Positions 12,335-24,559 of a DNA stretch of 64,000 nt are shown here, in pieces. Each line of letters begins with the position of its first letter. The stretch's first letter is position 1. The notes beneath the pieces were generated by a model. That model was given only the letters and a program-made list of their open reading frames with translations, had not been told where the DNA came from and made no database searches. This stretch comes from Zygnema circumcarinatum SAG 698-1b (lineage: Eukaryota; Plantae; Zygnematophyceae): NCBI GenBank assembly GCA_037447605.1, contig CM074805.1, forward strand, positions 4,373,361 through 4,437,360. Direction: 5' to 3'. The position numbers were made by a program, and so were the translations under genes.

Positions 12335-15300
12335 CTAGTTTTCGGTGACTCCCAGATTTGCAAAGAGCTGGTCTTCAGAGAGGTCTGCCAGTATGGAGTG
12401 GACGGAGGCGATGACACCTGTCACTCCCGCCACTGTGCAGACAGCGGCTAAGCAAACATTGGCCCAATAGATGAGTCTTGGAGGGCGCCGAACAGCGAGG
12501 TACATAGCGATGGGAACGACCATATCAACGGGAGTGATAGCGAGAGCGCCTGCAAGGGAGGAGAGCAACAAAGTGAGGACTCACATGTTAATGATGTATT
12601 CAGAAAATGAGAAAACGCGGAGGAGAACTCGAAGAGGGAGGGCGAAAGGAGTGAGGAGTGACTCACCGATGAGTGCGATAAAGTCTCCCAGAAAGGGCAA
12701 CCTGTAAAACCCACATGTTTGAAACCGCTGTCAGCTTTTCCAAGTTTGGCAATTTCACGCACACGCATTTTTTCCTGAAACGAAGCTCGTCGCGATCGCT
12801 CCATAGAGAGAGGAAGTGGAGAGGAGAAAGAGGGGGAGAGGGGGAGAATGGGATGCTGGCAAATTGGCCGAGAAGAGCCAAAGAGTGATAGGGAGGTGAG
12901 CGGGGAACAGGGAGGAGGAGAGAGATGTAGAGAGGGAGGGGAGGAGCGGGGAGAAGACTTACGCTGCCGCCATCAAAGCAAGTGAAGCATTGTACAGAAT
13001 TCGCATAAGACTGCGCAGCAACCAGCGCTTCCAACTCCACACGCCCTTCCCCTTCACGTGCGAATAAATCCATGACTCGCCCAACTCCAACACCGGGGCA
13101 TTGCATAGCTGCGAACAAGGGGGGGGAGAACGTTTATGGATTAAGTGGTTCGGTAGGGTTTTTGGAAGTGAGGATCAAGCAGAGCGATTCTGAAGAGGAG
13201 AAGAATGAGACGGGGGGGAAGGAGGGGGATTTGGAGTGAGGGTGGTAGGCAGCAGGCAGTTGGAGGTATGAGGGACAGAGGAAGAGAAGGGAGGGAAAAG
13301 GGAAGGGTGAGAAAGAGGAGTGGACGTGAGTGAGAGGAGGTTGCGAGTGGCTAAGGGGGGGTCGGGGAGTGTAGGGGGAGAGGGGATAGAGAGGTGGATG
13401 AGAATGAAGTGAGGAGCACTGTGCGAGCAAGAAACTGAGTGGAGTAAGCGAGGAAAAAGTTGACACAGAGCGAGAGGACAAAGTGTTGGAGGAGAGGAGG
13501 GAGAGATTTGGAGTGTAAGGACGAGGAGAGAGTGTGAGAAGGGAAAAGGGAAGCTTTGGATGCACCTGAACTCCGCAGATTGCACTGCATACGGTGATGA
13601 GATTAATGGCGACTAGAGGCCACGCAGGGCCCCCAATAGACGCCATATAGGAGGGGAGGTTGGACTGGTCGCTCTCTGCTAGCCCATAGCCTGCACTCCC
13701 CAGCAAATCCCTTCTAAATTTCCATCAGCACGTGGTTTTTGCTGAGGGTTTTTAAACAGAAGGATAAGTGAATTTAATTGTCTACATACATAAGAGTGCG
13801 ATTTTCAGACTGCCTTACCGTATGCCCAGTAGCCGACAATTGCAATTGGGATGTAAGTGAATGCAAGGAGCGTGTACAAGACGCCGATGGCTTTGTACAT
13901 TGTAAGCACGGAGGGGTGCTTGGCATTTGACTGCAATAGGGCACAATGAATTCAATCATTATGAGAGGAGCGCACTATAAGGTAAAGAAAGAAGCAACAG
14001 CGGAAGACAGAGCTACTCAAACAAAAAGGGGGGGAGGGAGACGAGAGAGGGGCTGGCGGAGAAAGAGAGCGAGAGGACAGGAGAGAGAGAGGAGAGGGAG
14101 AGAGTGAGCGAGAGAGAGAGAAAGGAGGGGGAGAAGAGGGAGGGTTACCTGAATTTCGGGAATAATGGTGTCGCCATATATGAAGATGACAATGGACATG
14201 CCGGTGAGGACCCCCCATGCTTTGTTGGAGGTGGAGCCATTCCCCAGGTTGTAGTAGCGCTGGGGGATGCAGTCCGGAGGGGAGTCGCCCGAAGGGCACT
14301 GTGGGTATGTGTACACTGAGAGAGAGAGAGGGAGAGAGAGAGAGCGAGAGATGTGTGAGAGAGGGTGATTTGAGAGAGGGGGATGTGAGAGATGTGATGA
14401 GTGTAGAGGGTCAGGGGGAGGGATAGCGAGAGGAGGAAGGGAGGGAAGGGACGAGAGGGGAGAGTGAGTGCGAGCGAGGGGCGGAAAAGGAGAGGACGAC
14501 AGAGAAGGGGAAACGAGGTAGAGAAAGTAGAGATTCGAGAGAGTGGAAAAATGGTAGAAAGGAATTGCTTTTGTCATGCCGCACGTGACTTTATCAAGAT
14601 TGCCATTGTATGGAGAGCGATTTTGTTGTCAACCCCTTTCTTACTAGAAAAGAGACTACAGTTCTTGACGGTTTTCTGACAGCTTTTGCATTCATCCCCG
14701 AGATTCCTTCCTATGCACTCAATGAGTTCCTTTCTGCGAATGTGCTGATCTCTGTGAAAAACAAAGTTGATGAGAATTTTAGAGTCACACAGCTTGACCA
14801 GTAGTTGGCCATAAACACAAAAGCCCCTGACACGAGAAGATGTGAAAAGAGGGAGAGAAAGAGAGCGAGAGAGGAGAGAGTGGGTAACCACCTTGGTAGA
14901 TGCTGAGACCTATGGCTCCAAAAGTGTATACGTATGTGGACACCATGGCAAAACCGTTGATGATCCGAAGGGAGTGAATGGTTGGAAGCTGTGACAACAC
15001 AATGACGAAAAGTAACACAACTACTATCCACTCGGATAAAGTAACTTCCGTATTGCCCGGATAGTAGATCTGGCTGATCGCCTGCGCCCACTCGCCCCAC
15101 CGCTCACTTCATTAGCTACATCCACGTAGAACTCCAATACTTCTCACTTCCCCTCTCCCACCCTATAGAGTCTCCTTCTCCCTTCCTCCCTTCTATCTCC
15201 CATCGTCGTCCCCCCATTCTCCTTCCCTCGTCAATTCCCCTTGCAATCCACCCCAAGTCTTTCTCTTCCCTCCCTACCTCTCTCATCTTCACCTCGAATT

Positions 15301-16318
15301 CTTCTTGCTCTGCCTTCTCCCGAACCCCCTGCCATTCAACCCAAATTCTTTACCCCCCTCCTCCCACCCCCCCCCAACTCCCTCCCCCCCTCTTCCCTTC
15401 CAACTCCTCCCCCCTCCCCTCCGGCCACGCCTTCCCCCCTCCAACCCCCTCCCCACTCTCCCCTCCTCCCCCTCCTCCCCACCTCTCTCTTTTCCCTTCC
15501 TCCTCTCCCCTCTCTTCCCTCTTCCCCTCCCCCTCGTCCCACCTCCCCCCCTCTACCTCCTCTCCATCCCCCCTGTCCCATTTCCTCCCACCTCCCTCTC
15601 CCAACCTCTCCCCTCCTCCCCGCTTCCCCCCCCTCTCCTTTCCCTCCCAACTTCACCCCCTCTCCTCTTCCTCCCCCCCCCCTCCCTCCCCCCACCTGCA
15701 GGCTGAGACCGCTCTGTATGAAGACGGAGACGTTGCTCCCCATGAGGTAGGCCCACTGGCAGGGCCATATGACGCACTGCCCGAAGGTCTCCCCGAAGAT
15801 GGACTCCACGAGGTCCCTGTACCGCACGTGCCGGCGGCCGTCCCACTCGTGCAGGGAGGCGACGAGCGTGGCCGTGTAGAGAGTGACGCAGAAGAAGAGG
15901 AGCAGCGCGACGAGGCCGAACCCCCACCCGAGGAGGGCCATCGCGTAGGGGAGGCTAAGGAGGGCGGGGCCGGCAACCGCCGTGGTAAGGTGGAAGCCGA
16001 CGTAGTACCTGGGGGAGGGGGAGAGGAGAGGGGTAAGGTGGGGAGGGAGGGAGGGGAGGGAGGGAGAGCTTGGAAGAGTAAGGGAGTTAGATGCCAGCCT
16101 CCTTGAAGTAAGCAGATCTAGACCCAATTCAGTGTACAATTGGAGGTAAAGCTTAAAAAATTAGAGATACATTCGTTATTTGCATGATAGGTTGCAACAA
16201 ATTTACATTTTGGATTTTATGAGGATTAGGCTGCGTACCAGTCGCCCTTGCCAACGTCAAAGGAGGGAGGAGCATCCTCAAAGCTGTCCTCGTCTTCTTC
16301 TCTTATTCCCTTCTCCAT
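12335..16318 (-). CDS. Amino-acid/auxin permease (Aa_trans) family transporter, GAT1/ProT-like, 9 exons
   Basis: Exons 16318-16239, 16008-15696, 15081-14892, 14315-14149, 13930-13819, 13690-13566, 13108-12963, 12701-12667, 12549-12335. Motifs: [81 protein letters not shown]. Multiple hydrophobic helices. Confidence 0.88.
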
Positions 16319-17009
16319 GGCTGCGGAACGACAAGCTACCGCTTCTCAGCTCACTTTGTCCTTTCCGCCACTCTCACTACTCTCTTTCTCTCTCTTTCCT
16401 CTCTCTTCTCACCCGCTTACCATTCTCTGATTTCTCTTGATATTCCCATTTCCCTTTTCTCCACTCTTCTTTATCTTTCTCTCAGTCCTTCCTGTTACCT
16501 TCCACAGTCTCTCCTCTCCTCTTGCTCTCTTCTTCCCCTCGTCCCTCCCTTTCCACCCTACCTCCCCCCCACTCTCCCTCCTCTCCTTCCCTACCTCCCC
16601 TCCCTTCTCTCCGCCTCCCTCTCCCTCCACTCCCTCCTCTCCCTGCCTCCCTCCTCTCCCTGCCTCCCTCCCTGCTCCCCTCCCCTCCCGCACTCCCCGC
16701 CGCGCTGTTCCTCTCGACTGTGACACCCGTCACGCCATGTCACCACCTTCTGACCATGTGGCAGCCTCCCCGGCAGTCTCCGGGTCCCGGCGGGGAGCTC
16801 CCCGTCCGCACATGCGGCCGCGCCCTCCCATTGGTGGAACCTCCATTATTCGCGCGCGACCTGCATAAGTTCCCGTTCCATGTCCCTTTTCAGTTCAACC
16901 GACAAAATCCGTTCAACAAACGTTTTAGTAAACGGGGAATTCCATAGAACCTTCTCCCGTCCCTTCTACCGTCCATCCCGTTGTCCACGTGGATCAATCA
17001 TGCTTTGCC

Positions 17010-19108
17010 ATGTCAGAGTTTTGCACGCGTGGCAAATCGTGGTTGGCGCTCGATGAAGAGGAGGGTAGCCTTAAGGCCGTTTCCTTCAGACCTCTTCTTC
17101 AGTCCGCCATGGAGACGCTGCTCGCGGCGGCATCCATGGAGGGCAGGCTAGCGGTCCTCTCGGAGGGGAGGGCTTACTCCTATGGCGCCCTGCTCCGTCT
17201 CTCGCGGCAGCTGGCCCTTGAACTTGGAATCCAAAGCGCGCCTCCTCTCCCGCCCTCTGCACCCTCCAGGAGCACATCTCCACAAACCCTAAAATCTGTT
17301 GGAAGTGAGAGAAGCCTCGCCGCGGCTTGTGGATATGGAAGGGGTCCTTCTTCTGCATGGCTGCAACCATGGCGTGACGCCCTTGGTTGTCTGCATGCTG
17401 AGAGGCACCTACATCTCTGTCTTGCACAGCGCAGAGCTGGATTCTCACTTCTTCCAGGGAGTGTTGATCCACTTGAATTATATGGAAGAATAGAAGCAGC
17501 TGGTATTGCTAGCAACAACTTCGTAAGAGCAGACGTGGCCCTTCGTGGCAACCAGCCGCACTTTAGAAGGGGGCAGAGCACATTTCCTGCACTTGATGGC
17601 CCCAGGGTTGGGATCTATGCGGAGCCAACTGTGCAGTTCGTATCTGCCCTTTGGGCCACGTGGCGTGCAGGAGGAGTTGCCGTCCCATTGGCAACATCAC
17701 ACCCTGATGCCGAACTCACACATGTTTTGCGCGATGCGGTGCGCTTTCAGAGCTTCTTTACTAACATTATTGTGTTATCTTTGCGCAAAATTTCCCTATG
17801 TAAACCGCGTGAACCAAAGAGAGCGCTTCTTTCGTATCGCATCGATGCATTCATGGTAGTTGTCGCCCAAGAAACGCTGAACTTGATTTCAAGGTTTTTT
17901 AAGCGTAGAGTCTGAAATGTGAGGAGTACACTTCAAATGAGTTCAGCGTGGTAAATTTAGGGTTCAAGGCCCTAAACAGCCGACGGAGTGGATGCGGTAA
18001 TGGGTGCGTGGTCCTCGGGACCCTTCACAGGTAGAAAGCGATGATTGATATGCTTTTCTCCGATTCAAGTTGCAACACTTAACACTTTAGCTTATGCTAA
18101 CGGGTTTACAAAAAAATAGGAGCACTTGCGCTTGAGTTCAATGTAAAGCCAATGCTGTCACCCACACAGCAGATTGAGCATGACCTAATCACCATTGGCA
18201 TCTCACCGAAATATTGCATTGAGCATCCGATGTGACAAGCATTTGGATTTCGGTGAAAGAGATTCCTGTCTTTCGCGTGCATAAATCAGTTTTCATTTGC
18301 TCAATGGAAAGTTGGGAGCTAGTTTCCTGGATGTTCCAAGTAAGTCTGCCTAAATATGGCGTCATAACTAGTTCTCTTGATTCTAAATTGCAAACGCCTT
18401 CCTTTCTCCTTCAACAGGCCGTGCATTACTTATTGGCGGGGTGTAGTTGAGGTTTCGGTTGAACTGCTTTTGGCTCATCGTATCATTTCAACAATTATTT
18501 CGAACTATTCAAAAAAATAACATCAATGTATTCTTTAACCTTCTCTAAGGCCAGTTCCTTTTCCTTCCCCCGTCAGGACTCGCCAATACTCGAGAAACGG
18601 TCAACGGTGTCTAGCAAGCTTGGTTTCACCCTCTGCCATTCAATGAAATGACATTCAATTCATTAGGAAAGATTAACGATTCATACACGGCCGACCTTTT
18701 CCAGAGCCGTACATCTCCCTGCTGGATCACACCATAGCACTTCCCTGCTGTTACATAAACAGACATTTCCTTCTCATCCCTGCTTGTACGACAACCTCAC
18801 CCAGAAGCTTAGAAGTTTCTCCCCATGGGTGCAGGATGTCTCCATAGTGGTGGCCCCAGAAGCTCAGCGAAACCGACTCAAAAATCTCTCTGAGTCCTGC
18901 AATGCTCGCTTTGTGGGGCTGCCCCCTCTCACCTGCACAGCGTCCAAACTTCTGCAAAAACATGACAAGCCCTCTGTGGCGAGCCTCATGGTGAACTGCC
19001 CCCCCCCAGGTGGGGGCACACCTCTCGACAAGCTATACCATCTTTCTATGTGTTGTCGCTGGATTGCTTCTCTCTGCTTCTGCTACTCGCCCCGATAGCA
19101 CAAACAGG

Positions 19109-19145
<37 letters not shown>

Positions 19146-20678
19146 CAACTGTGGGAGGGCTTCTGGGGCTCCACTTCTCATATCTTCATATCTGCGTTGT
19201 TGCATGATGACTTCTGCCAACAGATGGGCAGTCGGCAGCCATGATCGTGTACACGAGTGGGACGACAGGACGGCCGAAAGGGGCTGTGCATACTCACTGC
19301 AGCCTTGCAGCACAGGTGGATTGCATCGCTCCGGAGCCATAGTGAAGGGATGGTGCAGAGGAGAGTGAACAAAGTAGGAAGGTGCATGGGAGTTTGGCCA
19401 TGCATCCATCATGGTATGGCTGACTTGGGCATGCATGCATGCATGGCCAGGCCGAGATGATAGGGGAAGCGTGGGAGTACTCCCCAAACGACTGCATGCT
19501 GAACTGCCTTCCTCTGCACCATATCCGTTTCCCATTTGAGAATCGCTTTCATGGAAATAGAATAACGGTAAATGTAACCATGCATAGTCCAAACAAGCCC
19601 CAAGTTCAGTTCAATTGTTGTTTCTTTTTCTGCCTTTTGGTTTGGAATGGCAACATGCTGTGAGAAATTCTGACAGCGAAGTGTACAACTTTGATACTTT
19701 TCTTGGATTCAAGCTCCGTTCTTTAACACATAGAGAACATGTCCATGGAGCCATGAACGCCCTCATTGCTCCTCTCTCAAGTGGGGGCTCGGTAAGCAGG
19801 CCAACTTTCTCAACTCCTTTTCCTTCCTTTCACATTGACTTAGTATCACATCATCCCTAGAGACATCAATTCCATTTTAAGCTTGTTTTCATTCGAATGC
19901 ATCCGTTGAATCCTCGTCTTTATGTTTTGTATGCATGATGACCTAACAGTGGCTAAAACCCTGATGGACTGAACCCTTTCTCTTGTTTACCAGGTGGAGT
20001 TTATGCCCAAATTCAGCCCTAGCAAAGTGTGGGCGAGATGGAGAGAGTCATATCCAGAAGACGAATCTCCTCAGAAAAATGCCATAACAATGTTCACAGG
20101 GGTGAGCCTGACACTATAAGTCACGTCTGTCACGTTTGTTATGTTGAAACAATTTTTGCTCTGAACGTCCCAAGTTTGAAGAGAAGAGAATTCAGTTGAG
20201 AATTCGACTGTTGTGAACTTGATAATTTGTGGGTTTTGTTGATTGTCCTTCATGCTGACGCTATGGGAGAGCAGGTCCCAACCATGTATGTCCGCCTCCT
20301 TCAAACCTACGATGCCATGGGAGAGAGGGAGAAGGAGGCCTCCTCTCGAGCGGCTCGGAAACTGCGACTAATGGTGAGGTCAAACTGCAGACTGAGCTGC
20401 ATAGAACTTGGTGCTTTTCCTTTCATGAGCTCCTGGAGAAGCTTCTCAACTGAGGGTTCCATGGGCGGTTTCTTATTGAATTGGTGAAGTGGAGGGAGGG
20501 AGAGAGGGAGAGAGGGAGGGAGGAGAGGAAGGTGTGTGTGTGGTGACAGTCCTCCAAGTGTGGTGCAGATGTGCGGCTCTGCTGCTCTTCCAGAAGTTGT
20601 GATGGAACGGTGGGAGGCAGTAACAGGCCACCGGCTGCTGGAACGATATGGCATGACTGAGGTGTGGTGCCCTCTCTC

Positions 20679-20740
<62 letters not shown>

Positions 20741-22309
20741 GCCCTCTCTCTCGCTCGCTCTTTCCTCTCTCTCCCCCCTCTCTCTCCTACCCCCCGACTC
20801 CTCCCACACTCCCTCACTCCCATGATTATGGGTGGGGGCAGCTTGGCATGGCACTCACGAATCCCCTGCGAGGGGAGAGGCGGCCCGGACACGTGGGAGG
20901 TCCCTTTCCGGGAGTGAAGGTGCCGCTGCTCTCCTCCCACTCTGCTGCAGGAGAGGGGAGGAGAGAGGAGAGAGAGGGCCAGAGAGTAGGAGAGAGTGAG
21001 GTCTCGGTTTATCTGTGCTATTCTTTCTGAGACGAGATGATTCAAAAGTGCAGTACTTTCTCAGTATGTAAATGTACGTTCACTCTCAATTTCGGAGCCT
21101 GTTTGTTTCAGGTCCAAGTTATTCCCGAAGATGGGAGGGAGGAGGGAGAGCTAAGAGTGCGGACCTCCGGCATGTTTCGTGAATATTGGAGGAGGCCTGA
21201 AGTGAGCAAGGTTTCTTGCCAGCCTCGATGAGAAGATCACAAAAAACATGAAAAGATGTTTTCCTTGTTATAACAAAATACCCAATTGCAGGCAACTTTT
21301 GTCCTGCCAGTTTACAAGGGAGAGGGATGGGCCAGACAGGCAACTAAAGAAGCATTCGACGAAGAGGGTTTCTTTCTTACAGGAGATGCGGTGAAAGTCG
21401 AAGATGGGTACTTTCGAGTTCTAGGAAGTAAGCATTCTCGATGCGTCGAATCCCCTCAATGCACCATGGTTGGCATCTTCATATAGCCATGGATGAAGTT
21501 AAAGTTGAATGTGATGCTGTACTCATGCTGCTGTGAAAGGGAGGGGTTCAGGGCGGAGTGTTGATATCCTTAAGAGCGGTGGGTTCAAGGTTTCAGCTCT
21601 TGAGATCGAGGCAGCTCTCTTACAGGTGCGTAATTGTCACTTTTCCTGCAACTTGAGGGAGCACAGAGGAGGAGAGTTTTGTCCTTTCGGATATCCCAAT
21701 AGAGACAGACGTAACCAGCGGCTTTGTGTTTACAGTATGCTGCTGTGTTGTGCCTTCTTGCAGCATCCCTTAATAGCAGAGTGCACAGTGGTAGGAGTGG
21801 CGGATGAGGAGTATGGCGAGAGAATAGCGGCAGTGGTGGCCCTAAAGGAGGAGGGAGGAGGGGAGGCCTCACAGCAGAAATTGGACTTGGAGGGACTCCA
21901 AACATGGGCATTGGAACGCATGGCTCCCTACAAGGCATGGCACCATTTGGGCATGAACATGGCCATGAACACATGCATGAACATGAACAATGCTCGGTTA
22001 CAATGAAAGGGTAACGTTTTCTGTGTTGTCCCGTCTGTTGGGCGTTCAGTTGGTGTGAACACGTGGCTCTCTTTTGCAGGTCCCTTCTGTGTTGAAGGTG
22101 GTCGCCAGCATTCCCCGAAATGCGATGGGCAAGGTGGGTGGGGCCTAAAACCCTTCAAACCCTAAAGGTGGCACGTGCTGCCCATGTTACTGAACGTGTG
22201 GAAGGTGAAGGTGGGTGCTGATTTTTCGGGCCTGAAATAATTTCTTTTTGGGGAATTGCAGGTGAATAAGAAAGAGGTTCTGCGAGATCTGTTCGGGCAG
22301 GGGATGTGA
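17010..22309 (+). CDS. AAE13: Malonyl-CoA synthetase / acyl-activating enzyme 13 (AAE13, ACSF3-like), 15 exons
   Basis: Exons 17010 (or 17109)-17738, 18835-19009, 19224-19315, 19451-19520, 19739-19791, 19994-20101, 20275-20373, 20569-20661, 20842-20919, 21112-21201, 21340-21427, 21552-21625, 21764-21934, 22080-22133, 22262-22309. Motifs: YTSGTTGRPKG, EAWEY, LPLHHVHG, VEFMPKFS, WRESYP, GHRLLERYGMTE, DILKSGGFKVSALEIE, PRNAMGKVNKK. Confidence 0.93.
19521..19738 (+). other. U12-type (minor spliceosome) AT-AC intron in AAE13
   Basis: 5' end ATATCCGT, branch-site-like TTCTTTAAC at 19719-19727, terminal AC at 19737-19738. Removing it restores the conserved LPLH-H-VHG exactly. Confidence 0.85.
21935..22079 (+). 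other. GC-AG intron in AAE13
   Basis: AAG|GCATGG donor and TTTTGCAG acceptor join MAPYK to VPSVLKVVASIPRNAMGK, collinear with AAE13 homologues. Confidence 0.75.
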
Positions 22310-23258
22310 CGACTGCTGGAGTCTGAACAGAAGGTGAAAGTATGGCAAATTTGGTGCAGTGCAATTTTTCTATTCAGGATTGTACTATGTTGTTTCATCG
22401 AAGGCGACAAAACTCTTCTACAAACATCGTTCAAATGTTTCCAACGTCTGCCATTGATTGGCTGTTGACGTTTGAAAAGGACTTATATTTGTGGGAGCGC
22501 CTCCTGCCCCTGCTTTGTGCTTTTTCTCAAGTTTGGGGATCCTGTTAGTTCCTCATCGATGCTGGGTCAAGTGAGGGGGACTTGACAACATGTCGCGGTG
22601 ATGTTTGCCGTTGAAAACATCACATCGAATGATGTTAACTTCACCTTCTGACATCAAATCTCAATGCAGAATTGAAGGGCTACACGGTGGCTCTTGACTG
22701 AGTTTTGCTATGGCATACATCCATCCATTCGTACATACTTCCGAAGGACACATGAAGTGGCTACTTCTCGATGCGTGTTGTTAGGCCTTGAAGTAGAGTT
22801 CCGCTCCTTAGCTTTTCTTTCGTTCTTCGGTCATTCGTGACCGGTTCTCCTTGGTTCTCTATGCTGCTTGTCTCAAATGTACATATTTGATGGCATCGCC
22901 ATCGTGAGATCAAAAAATAAAAATGTGTGTTTTTGACATGAAGTTAATCTGCTAATTCACAATCAAGCAGATTCACTCCGACTGCGCGTAAATCAAACAG
23001 ATGCGAATGAATGGCTTATTCAACAAAAGAAATCACATGAAGGCTGAGTAGTCGACCTGCACAGGAAGAGTCAGCGTGTCCAAGCTACGCTTTCTTACTC
23101 TCATCAAAGGCGGGTCAGTCTGAGACAATGCAAAGGCCGCCACAAACTGCAACAGGAGCTTACATGCCTTCAACACCCCAAAAACTGGAAACCCCACTGT
23201 CCACAGGTTCTCTCCCAAGTACTCGCTGGTCTTTATATCTGTTCTGAAGCATGTAACA

Positions 23259-24551
23259 TCACTCGCTTCGCACTTCCTCCAGCAGCGGACATGCTTGAAG
23301 AAGCCGAGCAGTCGATTCATAAGTCGCCCCTTCCATGCACCGTTGGTCACGACTCCAATAAACGACTCCTTTGTCCTTCTTCGAGTTTCCGCTGACCACA
23401 ATTCTCTGAAGGCGGGGCAAGTTCAGCGCTTGACCATACACATAAGGTCCGTCCCGGAAATCCAAATAATCCGAAGGAACACACACTGTAAGAACTGTGG
23501 AGCTGCAATGTTGGAGGAAATTCTGCACAACTCCCTCTGCTAATGAAGGCCCGAAACTGAGATGAGTAACTGGCAGTCTCTTCTCAGGCAGAACCACGCG
23601 AGCCGGCTCAGAATCCCACCGAGAAGGGATTGAATACAACCCCAAACGTACGTCCTTCAGTCCTTTTGCAGCCTTTACGGTAAAGGATTTAGGTATAAGT
23701 CCGACGACTAGTGACGTCAGTTCTGGGCACTTGATTTTGAGAGAATGCGTGCAAGTATCCACTCGAAGAGACTTCAAAGTCTTGTGTTTAATCTTGAGTT
23801 CATCGTGATATGGATTACATAATACATTATGTTGATATGAATTACAGAAGATTTCCAAGGTGGCAAGGTTCGGGAAAAGGTCAATCATGAGCTGTGGCTG
23901 ATCCATAAAGCTCGTTGCTTCAAAAAACATGGACAGATTCTTCACATTCGTAAAAACACAATCTTGCACCGTGCTCAAAGACCTTCCCCGAAATTTCACC
24001 CCCCATTTTAGGGTTTCCAGGTTTGGGCAGTCTGTCAGAGCCTTCACCTTTGACACAGTCGGCCGTATTGGCTCACTTATACAGACTTCAGTCAAGGCGT
24101 CCTTCATTTCTGAGGGCAAAAGTCCAATTGCCACAGGAGAAAAGGCCCAGTCTACTGCAAGCTTCGTAACATTTGGAAAGCGAATAAAGATTTTTTTAAG
24201 GCGTTTGTTCAGGAGAGGTTTGGAGACATAGCGCTTAGAGGAGCCTTCCTTGCCACCCTTCAGCTTCTCGAGATCGATCCGCAGAACGGTTACTTCTCGG
24301 AGCGCTGCATGGAACGCCCTGCAGACCTGCGAAAGCTGCAGGAGCCGGCGAAGACTACCTCCTGTAGCGAGGGAGAAGATGCAGCTAAGGAGAGGAGCTG
24401 GAAGACGGCCAAACTGCCCAAGCTCTCCCTCTCTCCGCCCTCCCTCTCCTCCTACCTTTCGTTCAATCTCATGCTGCTCCTTTCCTTCTCTCGCCCAAAA
24501 CGCCCCTCCCTTTTCCCCAATCCTACCACGTTTTTTCCCTTGTTCTTCCAT
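23259..24551 (-). CDS. Intronless F-box protein with LRR-like C-terminal repeats
   Basis: 430-aa ORF. F-box-like segment LPAPLLSCIFSL...LLQLSQVCRAFH, followed by repeated FPNVTKL, CPNLETL, FPNLATL, CPELTSL, LPRLQRI and CPLLEEV motifs. Confidence 0.75.
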   Translation of the reverse strand: MEEQGKKRGRIGEKGGAFWAREGKEQHEIERKVGGEGGRREGELGQFGRLPAPLLSCIFSLATGGSLRRLLQLSQVCRAFHAALREVTVLRIDLEKLKGGKEGSSKRYVSKPLLNKRLKKIFIRFPNVTKLAVDWAFSPVAIGLLPSEMKDALTEVCISEPIRPTVSKVKALTDCPNLETLKWGVKFRGRSLSTVQDCVFTNVKNLSMFFEATSFMDQPQLMIDLFPNLATLEIFCNSYQHNVLCNPYHDELKIKHKTLKSLRVDTCTHSLKIKCPELTSLVVGLIPKSFTVKAAKGLKDVRLGLYSIPSRWDSEPARVVLPEKRLPVTHLSFGPSLAEGVVQNFLQHCSSTVLTVCVPSDYLDFRDGPYVYGQALNLPRLQRIVVSGNSKKDKGVVYWSRDQRCMEGATYESTARLLQACPLLEEVRSE

Positions 24552-24559
24552 CCTCTCCC

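Noticed and set aside
14574-14891. 105-aa minus ORF inside the transporter gene
   Set aside because: No phase-compatible splice sites, and the flanking exons already join in frame.
15241-16947. Pro-rich and Gly-rich ORFs resembling extensins or GRPs
   Set aside because: Translations of C/T low-complexity intron and UTR tracts of the transporter locus.
17956-17976. Inverted TTTAGGG/CCCTAAA pair, and other isolated telomere-like heptamers (e.g. ~22157)
   Set aside because: Single interstitial units, not a telomeric array or chromosome end.
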